NCBI GenBank assembly: GCA_038087875.1
Contig: JAXLNO010000539.1
Span: forward strand, 62,001 to 126,000
Length of the DNA: 64,000 nt
From: Malacoraja senta
Taxonomy: Eukaryota
Reading direction: 5' to 3'
Numbering within the stretch: the stretch's first letter is position 1; every line of letters begins with the position of its first letter. A program made the position numbers and the translations under genes. Of the stretch, positions 10,601 to 24,800 are shown piece after piece. Below the pieces are notes generated by a model. That model ran no database searches and had not been told where the DNA came from. It worked only from the letters and a program-made list of their open reading frames with translations.

Positions 10601-12659
10601 CATTGCTTAGTGATCATTGAGTAATGAATCAGATGTAGTGGTTGCTTTTAAAGGAGTGGATATATATTAGACGGAAAAATATTCCAGGGTACCATCAGAA
10701 GATATGGACAATAAGCGAGTTCGGTATTACAACTGCGCATGCCCAGGCCATGGGTCATTCAGAATAAACATTCTCGACAGCTGAGCTACTGTGTACAGAC
10801 CTGCGTATTCATTTCATTGAGATTTATAAATAAATGTATCCGTCAAATATGTCAGCAGTAGGCCACAGCGTACTGCAGGCTGCACAAATCCACAATTGTA
10901 TCTATTTAAATTATTGACCCAATACAGCACCAGCCTTGAAAACACAAGAATGCCTGGAACGAACCTGTCAATTATCAAATCCCTGGCATTAGCCTGTCAC
11001 AGCCATTCAAATTTGATATTGATTTACACGAATTACAAGTTGTGTGGTCAACCAATTTGAGACAGTTCTTACATTCCTATCTAAACAACCTTCCTGGATT
11101 GAAGGAAACGAGGAGAATGTGCTGTGTGTGGGGTAGGTTGGAAAGTTCAGATTGGATTCGAACAGGCTGGTTAAACTTTCAAGGTGGGTTAGCTTAAATA
11201 AAGATGCTGTCGCTTTAACCTCTGGGGTTGGTTCTAGTCTGTCAGGGCACACAGTTGGGAGCCGGGTCCTGGTGACCGGGCGGTGATAATTATGAGAATT
11301 TGCAGCCATTTGACCGCAGCCAAACTAGAGACTTCACTCAGGAGTGGGTCGCAGCTCCCTAGCTGACGGGACATGTTCTCGCTCTCTTTGAAGGAGGCGC
11401 CGCCCGCCCCAGCAAGTGGGCAAACACGGAGCCAACCCGTAATATGAGTGGGAGCATTTTGTTAGTCTTTGTCAACAATTGGGGTGGGGAATCTGGGAGA
11501 GAGAGAGCTGGCGATGCCACACAGACGGAACAGTTTAATAATGACCCATTAAAATCCGCCCTTCGGCCACTCGGCAACCTGGGCTGATCTGATCTGACAG
11601 CCCTCTTGCTAGCTCGCTGCGTGCCCGATCCTAACGCAGAACCTCCACAAAACCTTTGGGCTTTGGGTAACACCTGCACAAAGAACCTCTGCTAACAAAG
11701 GCTTGCAAACTGTGCTGGTCAACGTGTACTGGGCGAGAAGGCTAGGGGAAACGCACCGCAACCACCGCAAACCTGGAACAGCACAGACCCTCCACTCAAT
11801 CTATCCAATACTAAATGGCAGGATTTTGCAGTTAAATGTCTTATATCGAATTGGCGGCTCCTTCACAGGACTATCGCTGTACTCAGTTTTCCTCGGAGAT
11901 GAACCTTTGCCTTAACGGTACATTCACACCGCCTGTAGGTAAAGCATCAGCCCTCATCACACTGATACAGTCGTTGCCTGCCTCAGATTAAATATATTTT
12001 TACATATAAATCATGAAATAAAGATAAGAAAATGTTTCAAAAGTAATATTTTCTTATTCCAGTAGCAAACACATTAAGGATTAAATGAAAATAATAAATT
12101 TGTTAACTTTTTGAATATCTCATAATTGCAGATTAATTAACTGAACCAGAACTGGGACTGTGTGAGTAGTGTGTGAACAGCAGAATAAGAAAGGAAGTTA
12201 TAGAGTTGACAGAATTCTAGATTAATTCCTTGGTAGAATAGTTAACAATTTATACACAGTTTATACAGCGCTGCGTTCGCTTTTTTTAAATCCCGAATGA
12301 CCTTTGACAAAACCCATGATTCCTTGTGTTTATTGAGATACCGAACTCGCTTATTGGACTGACTCCATTGCTGTTGCCAGAAGCCAGGTTAGTTTGATTA
12401 GCAGAATGCTGTAACCCTACTCTGATTATTAGGAGAAGATGAAGGTCCAAGATCATGTGTTAGAACTGGGAACGAGAAAAATACAAGTTAGCTTACATTT
12501 ATGAAAAAGATTGGAAAGAAATGGGTAAAACAAAGTAAATATCTGCTGGAGTAAGACTGAAAAAAATAATGTGGCATCCAGAAGTTGACAATGTTTCTAT
12601 GTTTATGTTATGTGTTGCTAATAGCAGGGCTCGGGGATAGTGCTGGAAAGGCCCCAGAA

Positions 12660-13600
12660 GGTCATGCTACATCAAAGGAAATTGAGCAACCAAGCCAAAA
12701 ATGACAGATGTTGGCTGAATTGACCATTTCTGATACAGACAGAAAGATTGGAGAATTTGATATTGAATCCAGAAAGATAAATTGTGCCCAGATGAAGATG
12801 AGGTGTTGTTCCTCAAGCTTGCCCTGGGCGTTGTAACAGTAGAGGCGATTGCAGACAGAGGTCAGAGTTTTGTGGACGTTATCCAATTTCTCCGCAGATT
12901 CTCATTTAGTGAGAATTCTGAGTAGAGCACATAAAATTGGAAGAAGTGCAAGCGAATCACTGGTTTGCCTGGAATAATTCTTTGGGTCCCTAGATAATGG
13001 GGAAGAAAGAGATGTTAACAATAGACAATAGGTGCAGGAGTAAGCCATTCGGCCCTTTGAGCCAGCACCGCCATGCAATGTGATCATGGTTGATCATCCC
13101 CAATCAGTACCCCAGTTCCTGCCTTCTTCCCATATCCCCTGACTCCGCTATCTCTTGAAAGTATCCAGAGAACCGGCCTCCACTGGTCTCTGTATCGTCT
13201 CTGTGTTGCATCATCTCTGTTTGCAGGGGTAAGTGCCACAAGATGGGGAGAGGTTTGTGGAGACGGAAGAGCAGGCCAACGAGGTGCGAAAAATGTGATC
13301 CCTTTGAAATGCAGAAAGGAGAGAAGTGTCAGGTGATGGAGTCTTGTTTGAACTGGTGAAAATTGTGAAGGATAATCTATTGAAGACATGGTTGGGGAAA
13401 TGGAAGATAAAATCCAGGGAACTCTGTTCTTGCTCTGTCCAGGAGGAGAGGAGGTGAGAGCAGAAATGCAGGAATATTTGTGATGTAGTCCATTATGGTT
13501 GAGGGGAAGCCCCATGGCTGAGGAAGAAGGGAGATACATTGTACCTGTGTGGAAAGTCTCAACATTGAAACAAATGCACTGGAGATGGAGAACTTGGAAA
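12660..13600 (-). mobile_element. Old Penelope-like fragment interrupted by a CR1 3' tail (13018-13190, minus)
   Basis: AQGKLEEQHLIF in ORF 12662-12886; CR1 tail atagacaataggtgcaggagt at ~13020. Confidence 0.6.
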
Positions 13601-13789
13601 TCAGAATGTAGAATCCGCTTTTGTTTCATGATGAAGTTTCACAACCTAAATCCCTTTATTCAAAATGGTTGATCCCTAATCTTGCAACTGTGCCACCCTG
13701 GTCCTAGTTTTGCCATAAGGGAAGACAACCGCTTGGCATCTATCCTGTTCTTATCTCAAAATTATATTTCATAAGGAGTTAGTGGTGGA

Positions 13790-14490
13790 CTTTAGGAGGA
13801 GAGGAACTCCCCTGTCTCCATCAACGGTGTGGATATGTAGTTTACAAAGTAGCTGAAGTACCTTGGAGTTTACCTGGACAGTAAACTGGACTGGTCCAGG
13901 AACGCTGAGGCACTGTAGAAGAAGGGACAGAGCTGTCTGTACTTTCTGAGGAGGCTCTGCTCATGCGACGTCTGCAGTAAGATGCTGCAGATGTTCTATC
14001 AGTTGGTGATGGCCTGTGCCATCTTCTTCGCTGTTGTGCGCTGGGGTAGCAGGGAGACGGCCGCGGACATCAACAGAATTAACAAGCTCATCAGGAAGTC
14101 TGACTCCGACCTGGGGGTGGAGTTGGATTCACGGGAGGTGGTCTTGGAGAGGAGGATGCTCCTCAAACTGCAGAGTGTCTTGGACAATACAGCTCACCCT
14201 CCTCCATGACACACTGGTCAACCTGATGAGCACCTTCAGCAACTGACTGGTTCCACCAAGATGCAGCACGGAACGCCACAGGAGATCCTGTGGCTATCAA
14301 GCGGTAAAACTCCTCTCCCTTCTGTCATGGGATAGACTGACTTCCCTTCCCCCCCTTCCCAATCTTTGCGCATTCTCAATCCTAGACTTTTAACTTGTCA
14401 CTTTAATTTCATGTTTCATGCATCTTGTTGTGTTTCCTGACTGTTGTCAGACCAATTTCTCTCCTTGGATAAATAAAGTTCTATCGTATC
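13790..14490 (+). mobile_element. Rex1/Babar-like LINE 3' end
   Basis: KYLGVYLDSKLDW...MLQMFYQLVMACAIFFAVVRWG...INKLIRK; AATAAA near 14472. Confidence 0.75.
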
Positions 14491-14526
14491 AATAGCGTCA
14501 CCTCAGGAATCAACCTAGTGAATGTT

Positions 14527-14930
14527 GACAAAGTAGAAACAAGGAACTGCAGATGCTGGCTCACACAAAAAAAAGTACACAAAATGTTGGGGTAACTGAG
14601 CAGATCAGGCAGCATCTCTGGAGAACACGGATAGGTGTGGTTGTGGGTCGGGATCTTTCCTCAGACTGATTGTGGATTAGGATGGGGGGGAGCTGGAAGA
14701 GGAGAGGCAGAACAAAGCGTGGCAAATAATAGGTAGACACAAGGAAGGAGAGGTATTTTGATTGGCAGATGTTTGGAACATAGGCCAGAGATAAAAGCAG
14801 GAGGTGTGAGATAGATGGATTGAAGAGATGGACAAGGATGGGTCCTGACCTGAAATATCAATTATCCATGTTCTCCAGAAATGCTGCCTGACCTGTTGAG
14901 TTACTCCAGCACTCAGTTTCTTTTTTTTAC
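14527..14930. mobile_element. Inverted (fold-back) Penelope-derived element
   Basis: Minus-oriented PLE tail followed by a plus-oriented tail; flanked by the 13-bp direct repeat CCTAGTGAATGTT (14514-14526 and 14931-14943). Confidence 0.7.
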
Positions 14931-15046
14931 CCTAGTGAATGTTCTCTTGATTAACTTTTAAGTGTTAAATTAACCCTAATCACAGAAAACCCAAACAGTT
15001 CATTGTACTTCAAGAATGGCATAACCAATGCCATGTATGGTTGTTA

Positions 15047-15325
15047 CATAGAACATAGAAACATAGAAAATAGGTGCAGGAGGAGGCCATTCGGCCCTTC
15101 GAGCCAGCACCGCCATTCACTGTGATCATGGCTGATCGTCCCCTATCAATAACCCGTGCCTGCCTTCTCCCCATATCCCTTGACTCTACTAGCCCCTAGA
15201 GCTCTATCTAACTCACTCTTAAATCCATCCAGTGATTTGGCCTCCACTGCCCTCTGTGGCAGGGAATTCCATAAATTCACAACTCTCTGGGAGAAAAAGT
15301 GTTTTCTCACCTCAGTCTTAAATGT
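15047..15325 (-). mobile_element. CR1-clade LINE 3' end
   Basis: FKTEVRKHFFSQRVVNLWNSLPQRAVEAKSL...; (catagaaa)n tail. Confidence 0.9.
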
Positions 15326-15775
15326 TAGACACAAAAATGCTGGAGTAACTCAGTGGGACATGCAGCATGTCCGGAGAGAAGGAATGAGTGACGTTTCGGA
15401 TCAAGACCCTTCTTCAGACTGAAAGTCAGGGGAGGGGGAAATACAGAGATATGGAAGTATAAGTTTGAGAATGAGACATCAAAGGAGGTGGGGATCAAGG
15501 AAAATGTATAAATCATTGTTAGCTAGGAGGTAACAACAAAGCAGATAATCAGGGACAGTCAGGCTGGTTGGAGAATTGGCGAGGGATGGAGAGAGAGGGA
15601 ATGCAAGGGTTACTTGAAGTTAGAGAAGTCAATATTCATACCGCTGGGGTGTAAGCTGCCCAAGCAAAATATGAGGTGCTGTTCCTCCAATTTGCGCTGG
15701 GCCTCACACTGACAATGGAGGCCCAGGACAGAAAGATCAGTGTGGGAATGGGAGGGGGAGTTAGTGTTTAGCAAT
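15326..15775 (-). mobile_element. Penelope-like 3' fragment with intact-looking hammerhead core
   Basis: Reverse complement of 15388-15420 is AGTCTGAAGAAGGGTCTTGATCCGAAACGTCAC; AQRKLEEQHLIF coding remnant. Confidence 0.8.
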
Positions 15776-16066
15776 CGGTTGTATCAAGATTCCCCATTTT
15801 TGTACTCTACCTTTATTAAAAGGCGAACTTTCCATTTATCTTCCGTATTTCTTGCTGTACCTGTACCTAACTTCATGTGTTTCATATACGAGCTTTGGAA
15901 CTATGATTCTTCCATACAGATTTGCTTTCTCTTTCTAATGTTCTAACCAAGGTTAATAATCTCACATTACTGTATATTCCCATCTGCTAAATTCAGCTAT
16001 AGTGCTTTGTATACTCTTTTGCAAGAAAACGTTTTAAAAAATTGGATTTCACCAAATTTGATGATA

Positions 16067-16600
16067 CATTCTGCCCTCTTTATAACGGATTTTGGTTATA
16101 GTGGACACAGGGTCCCCACAGTAATCAATATCATTCACAATGCGACAGTTCATTGAAATTGACAAGCGATTACTTCGATTGGCACTTGTGAAATGATACT
16201 CTATTAAAAATGTAGAAAACAGCCTTTAGTATTTTTAGCTTGCAGTAACTAAAATACATTTATAGCTATTAAAAAGAATCTTGTATTTGAAAACAACTTG
16301 TTGTTTCATGGAATGGCTGCTAGATGGTTGGAACAAATCTCTTACTCGGTTGTAGTTGACAGTTATAACCAAAGCTAGCTCGCTACGCGTGTAGATGTGG
16401 ACGCCATGACAGAAGCTCATTAAAAAAAAAACTCATATATATGATTCCCAAAATGGCGTGAAACAAATTACCCATGAGCCCATGACCGTACTACAGCTTT
16501 TTCGTCGAGTGGTCTAACTTGTTCCTCTAGTATCTTTGGTTATAACGGACCATTCCCCCCCCCCCCCCCTCTTATGGTCCGTTATAACCAGGGGTATCTG
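16067..16600. mobile_element. Tigger/pogo-like MITE
   Basis: TA-flanked ends cattctgccctctttataacgga and tccgttataaccaggggtatctg, with repeated TTATAACGG subterminal motifs. Confidence 0.6.
16370..16538. mobile_element. CAAAG...CTTTG MITE with 8-bp TSD (P/hAT-like), nested in the Tigger-like MITE
   Basis: Perfect TSD GTTATAAC (16362-16369 and 16539-16546); right end matches the element at 57451-57855. Confidence 0.8.
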
Positions 16601-17100
16601 TACTTATTATGTTTTGTGTGTAATGCTGATGCTAAATCACGAATCATTAAAATAAAACCATAACATAGGTACATCTTACTGGAAAATGCAACCTTATAAT
16701 AGGTAGTCCTCCTTGATATCAAGCCATTTGGAACAACGTGACCCAGAACTTTTAATGTTTATAGGAACTAAGTAGCACTGCAGCTAATTTAAAATACTGT
16801 ATGATCTAATAGCATTTTATAAGAAACAAAATAAGAACTGTATGACAGATGATTATATGTTTAAGAAATGCTACAAGCCATAATTAAGTACCATGCTTTA
16901 ATCTTATACAGATTTTAACTCTTAACTGCTGGCTGTAATTACAAGTAAGTGCAATAATAACCAAAGAAATGATAACAGGTTACAAGTAAAGGTATCACAT
17001 TAGATAATCAATGGTATGATCAAAGATGGATATTTAAAAATCATCATAAAATGCAGAGGTAGAGATGGAAACGTTGAGTGAAGGTATTTCAGAATTTAGG

Positions 17101-17312
17101 TGAATTAGTCTGACGAAGGGTCTCGACCCGAAATGTTACCCATTCCTTCTCTCCAGAGATGCTGCCTGTCCTGCTGAGTTCCTCCAGCATTTGTGTCTGT
17201 CTACCTTCAGAATTTAGGACCCAGATGAGTCCCGATCCGAAACGTCGCCTATCCATTTTCTTGAGAGATGCTGCCAGACACGCTGAAATTACTCCCAGCA
17301 TTTTGTGTCTAT
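17101..17312 (+). mobile_element. Two tandem short Penelope-tail (hammerhead-like) units
   Basis: CTGACGAAGGGTCTCGACCCGAAAT and ccgatccgaaacgtc; first unit flanked by TTCAGAATTTAGG (17088-17100 and 17206-17218). Confidence 0.7.
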
Positions 17313-19386
17313 CTGTTGAAAATATTGTGTCATTGGTGCTGCAATATGCACGAGGCCAGATCTGCAAAGATCTAGAAGAGTTGAGGAGCTGAAAGAAGGA
17401 TAAGTGTGATTAAAGTCATAAAGTATGAACAAGTCATTGTTAGAGCTGAAGCCATTGTTGGTAGCCATAGGGTGTGATGGGTGACCAAAAACCTAGAATG
17501 AAGATAGTCTAGAAAGAATTGGAGGAGCACAAATATATGCAAGGTAAAAGGTAGGAGGCTAGGCAGGAGATGCTGTCGTAGTCAAGACAAACAGACAGAC
17601 GTGGACAAAGACGTACACTCCAGCAGCCAATGTGCTGAGATAGAGTGGAGCTGATTGATGTAATGCAGCTAGAAATAGTCCTAGTGATAGAATGTATATG
17701 TGACACATTTCGGAAAGTTAAAACCGGGGCAGTGTATACACACTGAATGACAGTGTGGTTGAACTGAGGGACCTTGGAGTACAAGTGCATATTTCTCTGA
17801 AAGTAACAACACAGGTAGACAATGTTTCAATAACACGTTATTGTCACATGTAGTGAAATGCTTTGTTTTGCGTACAACCCTGTAAAATCATACCGCAGAC
17901 CTCTCTTAGGCAGTACGCAAGAGTCGCCCCATATCTGGCACCGATAAAGTTAGAAAAGTTCACCGAATAGATCTATCTTTGGCCTGCCACTGCATGTGGC
18001 CCAGCCAAGTTCCCCCTTCGTTGTCAGTGCACCCCCACCCCCCTCCCCGGTTCCCCCCTTTCTTCTCGATGCCCCCCCCCCGGTCAGGTCCCCCCTTCTC
18101 CCCTTCATTCCTGATGGCTGCCTTTTGGATTTGAAATCCGGAGAGTAGTCTGTATTGTGTTGGGTGACCTAATGTATCTTATGTATATGCTTAGAATTAA
18201 TATATTATGTGTAAATTCCAGTAATGATATAATGTGGGTTATGCCTAACAAATAGATCTGTGGGGTGGAATTCTAAAGTCTCATCTCCACTGAAAATAAA
18301 ACAAAATATCCAGTTTCACTTCAAATAAATGCAATTCTGTCAAAGTATTATTCCTATTTCTTGTGATGTGTCAGAGATATTTGCCAAGCCTATGGGTAGC
18401 AGGTTCCCCTTGGAGAAACAAGGAACTGCAGATGCTGCTTTACAATAAACAGTGCTATAATAACTCAGCGGATCAGGCAGCATCTCTGGAGAACATGCTA
18501 GATGACTTTTCAGGTCGGAACCCTTCAGTTGCCTATTGGATTCTAAAGAAGGGTCACCTATCCGTATTTTCTAGAGATGCCGCCTGACCTACCTAGTTAC
18601 TCTAGCACTTTGTGTCAAGTTTTGCTCGCAGTGGTGTAAAGGTTAATTGTTAATTGGCCCTTGTGGCTAAAGGGATCAGAGGGTATGGAGAGAAGGCAGG
18701 TACGGGATACTGAGTTGGATGATCAGCCATGATCATATTGAATGGTGGTGCAGGCTCGAAGGGACGAATGGCCTACTCCTGCACCTAATTTCTATGTTTC
18801 TATGTTAGCCCTTGGTTTTGGTTTCTCCTCCCTGGCTTAGCTGCTGTTACTCATCTGATTTCTGCATTCCTGTTTGAGAATAGGCTACTCCTATCTGAAG
18901 AAGGGTGCTGACCCAAAACATCACCTATCCATTTCCTCCGGTGATGCTGCCTGACCGGCTAAGTTCCTCTGGTCCTTTACAACAGCACCTGCAGTTCCAT
19001 ATTACTTGATCATGAATCTGGTATTCTTCAGATATGAGAGTGGAATATTGAAATTGCCAAGGAGTATATGGGGGAAGGGTGTGGAAAGATTGATTTTCCA
19101 GGTCTTGTGATTATTGGGTAATTTAGTCTGGAATGTGTAGGTTTTTCTTGTACCCGCTTTGTGTTTGGAATGTAAGTAGTAGTGTTCATAATGGATAAGA
19201 GCAGAATTAGGTCATTCGGTCCATCGCCTACTCCACCATTCAATCATGGCTGATATATCTTTCCCTCTTAACCCCATTCTCCTGCCTTCTCCCCATTACC
19301 TGTACTAATCAAGAATATATCTATCTATGACGGTCTCCGTAACCTTCTGTGGCAAGGTGTTTTATTCCAAGCTTCCATAGTTCCAA

Positions 19387-19680
19387 GCGGCTACGGTAGC
19401 ACAGCGGTAGAGTTGCTGCCTCACAGCACTTGCAGCGCCGGAGACCTGGGTTCGATTCCGACTACGGATGCTGTCTGTACGGAGTTTATACGTTCTCCTT
19501 GTGACTGCGTGGGTTTTCTCTAAGATCTTCGGTTTCCTCCCACTCCAAAGATGTATGGGTATGTAGGTTAATTGGCTTGGTGTATGTGTGTAAATTGTCC
19601 CTAGTGTGTTTAGGATAGTGTTAATGTGCGGGGATCGCTGGTTAGCGTCGACTCGGTAGTATGTGTAAACTAAACTAAAA
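19387..19680 (+). mobile_element. tRNA-derived V-SINE (HE1-like)
   Basis: A-box-like tagcacagcggtag, B-box ggttcgattcc, V-domain ggtttcctcccactccaaag, (aaact)n tail. Confidence 0.9.
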
Positions 19681-19925
19681 AAAAAGTTTACATTTACATC
19701 TGGGCCCTTTTACTCCGAACACCCCTCACCTCCTCTACGTGCCATCGCTGCTGAGATTTTGAATAGGATTGACATAGGACCATTCAGAATCACAAAAGTA
19801 ATGATTGTAGGAAGATTTCCAGCAATCTCAGGGCCCAAGTCTTGGAAGGTTAGTTGGACATGAAAATTCAGTCAAACCAATGTTTTCCTCAACCAATATA
19901 AACATTTAACTTGTTCCACACACCT

Positions 19926-20232
19926 GGGACAGCACAGTGGCATAGTAGAGCTATTGCCTTACAGCGCCAGAGACCCGGGTTCGATCCTGACTATGGGTGC
20001 TGCCTGTACATAGTTTGTACGTTCTCCCCATGACCGCGTGGGTTTCTCCGAGATCTTTGGTTTCTTCCCACACTGCAAAGATGTACAGCTTTGTAGGTTA
20101 ATTGGCTTTGTATAAATGTACACTTGTCCCTAGTGTGTGTAGGGTAGTGTTAATGTGTGGGGATTGCTGATCGGTGCAGACTCTGTGGGCCGAAGGGCCT
20201 GTTTCCGCGCTGTATCTCTAAACTAAACTAAT
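19926..20232 (+). mobile_element. tRNA-derived V-SINE (HE1-like)
   Basis: Second full-length copy with gggttcgatcc B-box and gaagggcctgtttccgcgctgtatctctaaactaaac tail. Confidence 0.9.
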
Positions 20233-20374
20233 TCTACGATGATAAAAGGGATTGGGATCCTGCCTGCCTAAATTATTTTCTGTACCTCAGTCCCAATGCC
20301 AGTTGGAGCTTTCCGAGTGTTCCAATGTATTGGCCAAGGCCTTTGGTTGATATTTTTTTTATAAAATTGAGGAA

Positions 20375-21810
20375 AAAAGACAAACCTTTAATTCAGGGTA
20401 ATGAACGATTTATTTGATTTTTACAAGGTACACACTTGTCTTACATTCCCATCGTCTATTTGCCGCAGAAGTGCAGACAGAATTATGAAAAAGAATTCTA
20501 TTAACATTTTTGAGTGAAACAATGAAATGATAAGAAAAATATCTGGCTAAGTCACAATTCTCGCCATTCATAACAAAAGGAATTTGCTAATTATGTTACA
20601 AGGATATTAGGTGCTTTCTGTGAACTCAGCAAGGCGTTGCTTTACTGTGAGACTTCATTTTGCATGTAGGGAAGATATACTCTTGTATTGTGCTTCGCAA
20701 TGCAAGGAAATTGAATGTTCCAGACTCCTGCAACAGCATACCTACACGATCAGTTAATTTGGTTCAGACTGGTCAATCCAAGCTAAAATCTTGAACATCC
20801 GTTAGGCTGTTCCACATGAGGCAGTGCACTTCTCAACTGAGCCACACCGGATTGTAGGGGTAGAAGGTAGAGTGGCTTTGAAAAGTCGCGGAGGAGATGG
20901 GAAGTTTAAAGTGCAACCAAACTGGATATATGATGGTTGAGTAGTGAGTAATTCACTCTTGTGAAAGAAGGATATGGAAATAAAAGATTACAACAGCAGC
21001 AGCAGCATCACCACAAATGTGTGGCTCGGGTCAGGGAAGCGATGGTGGTGTTAATGTACTAATTCACAGTAGAAATACGCCCTAACTAGTTCCACAGAAC
21101 ACACTTACACATTTACAAAGCTGAAGAATTTAAACTACCCAGAACAGAATTTCATATTTTATTACAGTCCTAATAATTTACGGAGAAAAGATACAGGCCA
21201 AACTGATTGTTGTTGGATCCTGACAATACTGCTTTTATGACAGTGTGAATTGAGGTTATTTTCGGCTTTTTGCCAGATTTCACCTTACGTGGGTAAGCAA
21301 TCATCTATTTGTCTAAAGACAGCTTAAATTCTTCCTCTACCAATGTCTCTGTGTGTTTTCATCAGAAGTCAAATTTCAGTAAAACCTCTCATACATTAGC
21401 TGCAACTCTATCGAATAAAGTAAGCCAGAGAGAGCACCAGTGATTACATGTCTTAACACCTCCATTTTACCAATATATGAAAATAATAAACTGCTACATA
21501 GAAAATGTATCAAAATAGGTTTTATTTTTTTCCTGCTAGTAAGCTATTGCTCTCAGCTTGTAGTAATAGAACATTAATTTGATTTTTAGCTGATACAGAA
21601 GTGTACTGAAATATCTGCAGGTCAGGTCTGACACGATTCTATTCCTTGCATTAAAGAAAAAGGAATTCAACACTTTAAATATTCCATCCTACTTTTGACC
21701 TGCAAATGAAATAGGGATGAAGTCTAATGGATCTCCATGCCTTGGCTTTTCCATGAAAAGTAATGCAGTTAATTTCTATTTACAGTGACTCGGGCATATT
21801 TACATAATTA
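20375..21810 (-). other. AHNAK: Probable AHNAK 3'UTR with candidate poly(A) signals
   Basis: Repeat-free AT-rich stretch after a double TAA stop. Minus-strand AATAAA at 21521-21526, 21158-21163 and 20409-20414; the last is followed by ATTAAA and a GT/T-rich tract. Confidence 0.55.
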
Positions 21811-24800
21811 TTATTTTTTCTTGATATTTAGTTCTACTTTAGGAAAGCGCAATCCTGCTCTAGATCCGCTGTCACTGCTAGAAGTGGAAGGGATACGGGA
21901 TTTTTTGGAAGCCAGTGAGATTCCACTGCCCTCGACTTCCGCTTCGCCTTCATTGAGAGTGACCTCATAGGAGCCCTTTGATTTCGCTCCAAAGCCTCCA
22001 AATGTTCCAAATTTCAACTTAGACTTTTTGCCTTTTGCACCTGCAGCCCCTTCTCCAAATTCTAATTTGCCCTTGGGAGAAGAAGGGGAGAGTTCATGCT
22101 CATCACTCAGAGATGATGATCTGTGACGTTCTGACCGTTTGCCTTTAAATAAAGAGAAATCTAGAGTTCCTGACTTCCCTTTAGGGGAAGTGGTAATGTC
22201 CAAGCTAGGATCCTTCCCAGCTATTGATATTTCAGATCTCTCCACCTCAATATCACCAAAACCCAGGCTTCCTTTGGAGCCCTTAAGATCAATCTTTGGT
22301 CCAGATGCACTGAAATCTCCCTCTAATCCTTCTGAACTACTTTTCCCCTTTGACCTGGAGAAATTAAATTTGGGCATTTTAATTTTACCCTTTTTAACTT
22401 TGACCCCCGTGCTTTCCATCTCGCCTTCTGGCAGGTTGACACTGGCCTGTGGTCCTTTGATGTTGATACCTGGACCTTGTGCAGAAGAAGCAATTTCAGG
22501 AACTCTGGCACCCACTGCAATTTCTCTCTCTTCTAAATTTGGGCTTTTAATTTTAAATTGAGACGGCTTGAATTTGGGTATTTTCATTTTGTCCAATGGA
22601 ACATCTAGTTCAATTGTTCTGATGTCTGCACTTATTCCAGGTGCCTTGACATCTAACTCGGGATCATAAAAAACACTTTTGGAACTGGACACTCCAATGC
22701 CTCCTTTTACTGGTACATCAGCACTTAAACTACCTCCTTCAAACTTTGCCCCGGAAAATTCAATATTAGCTTTAGGTGCAGCACTAGAGAATTTATCTTT
22801 TAGTCCATCAATATTGATGTCTGCTCCATCCAGTTTCATACTTGGCCCTTCAATTTCCACTTTTGGGGATTTTATGTCCATCTTTGGTCCAGATAATTTA
22901 GTACCTAGTGTAGGCCCCTTTACATTAATGTCAAAATCAGATGTGGAAATTCCAGACCCTGAAAAGTTATCACCTTTCACCTTCAGTCCTGCAATGTTAG
23001 TATCAACTTTTGGAATGTTGATCTGAGGCATCTTTACTTTTCCACCTTCAATGTTGAAATCTCCCCCATCAACATTAATACCAGGACCTTTCACATCCAT
23101 AAGTGGTCCTTTAAAGATTCCTTTGATATTTGGATCAGGGAGGTTGATGCTGCCTTTGAGCTGTGGATCTTTTAAATCAACACTCACATCAGGTGCTGAC
23201 ATATCAATTTGTGGGCCTTTGATTTTACCTTCAGTATTTATATCCATATCAGGCGCCTCAACAGTCAGACCTAAACCCGGTGTCTTCAAGTCACCTCCTA
23301 TCTTTGGTACATTTATGCCAAGATTCAGACCAGACCCCTTGTCTTTACTCCCAGAGATGTTCAATTCAGGCATTTTCAGCTTTCCTTCAAGACCCCCAAA
23401 ACGAACATCTGGAGACTCAAGATTCAGTTTTGGAGCACTAATATTGACATCTGTTGATGGCATATCAATGTCACCTTCGAGTTTTGGACCTGAAAATTCA
23501 GCTTTTGGAAGGTTGACAGCAACATTTGTATCTATTTCTCCTGCTTTGCTATTCAAACCAAAACTCGAGAGTTTCATTTTAGGCATTTTTAACTTTCCTT
23601 CTGCACCACCTGATGTATCTAGGTTTACATTTGGTCCTGAAACGGTAACATTTGGCTTCTTCATTTTCATTTTTAATTTACCTTCTGGTTTTTCAATATC
23701 AACATTTGGAGCATCAACGTCAAAATCTATTTCTGGTCTCTTTATGCCAATTGATGGCCCTTCTATGTTTCCTGACGCATCACCTTTCAGGGTAGTGCCC
23801 TTCAAATTGATATCCACATTTGTATCAGCCATTTTGGGCGTTTTGATGTTTACGTTAGGAAATTTTAACTTGGAGCCTTTTACTTTAACGCCAGGCCCTT
23901 GTAAGTCAGCATCTGTATTGACATTTATCCCAGGTGCTCTAATGTCAATATGGGGACCTTTCATATCATGTGATGAAAAATTGACATCAGGTCCTTGTAA
24001 ATCTCCTTCGGCCTTTGCGTTAGGTAACTCGCCTTTCACTTTTGGTGATGCCAAATCAAATTCAATATCTGGAAATGATAACTTTACTTTTCCAAAACGT
24101 GGTTTCTTTAGTTTTGATGACTTAATATTTAACTGTTCATCAAATGATCCAAGACTTGCACTTAGATCTGGAGATTTAATATCTATATCTGGTTTGGATA
24201 AATCAAGGTCACTCTTCGGTTTCTTTGACATGATGTTGAGTTTAGGCATTTTAAATTTCCCCTTTTTCCCCTTTGTTTTAACACTAATGTCTGGGGAATC
24301 AACATTAACATCTACATCTGGACTTGTTACATCTACATCCAGAGAAGGAGCACTTAAGTCTCCTTGTCCTTTAACTCCAAATCCAAATTTTGGTTTCTTC
24401 ATCTTTGGCATTTTTAGATGTCCTCCTCCTTCACCACCTACATCTATTTTGGGTGCACTTACATCAATACCAAAACCAGGGGATCTAATGTCAGCAGTGC
24501 CTTTCAAATCTTGATCTTTCAAGCCAATGTCCAATGCAGGCGTTGAAAACTTGTGTCCATCTCCTTTTAAATCACTCCCCACAATATCTACCTTAGGACC
24601 TTTCATTTCAAACTCTGGGCCGTTGATGTCACCTCCCATTTTAATGTCAGGGACTTCAGCACCACCTTTTAGTTCTGGGCCTTTTAAACTAACATCTACA
24701 TTAGGACCTTTAAATTTGGGTAACGAGATATTGAACCCTGGCATTTGAAATCCAGGACCTTTGATTTTACTGTCTGCATCCAAATTTATTTCAGGTACAT

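Noticed and set aside
19387..19470. tRNA-like heads here and in other SINE copies
   Set aside because: They continue into the V-domain and LINE-like tail, so they are SINEs and not tRNA genes.
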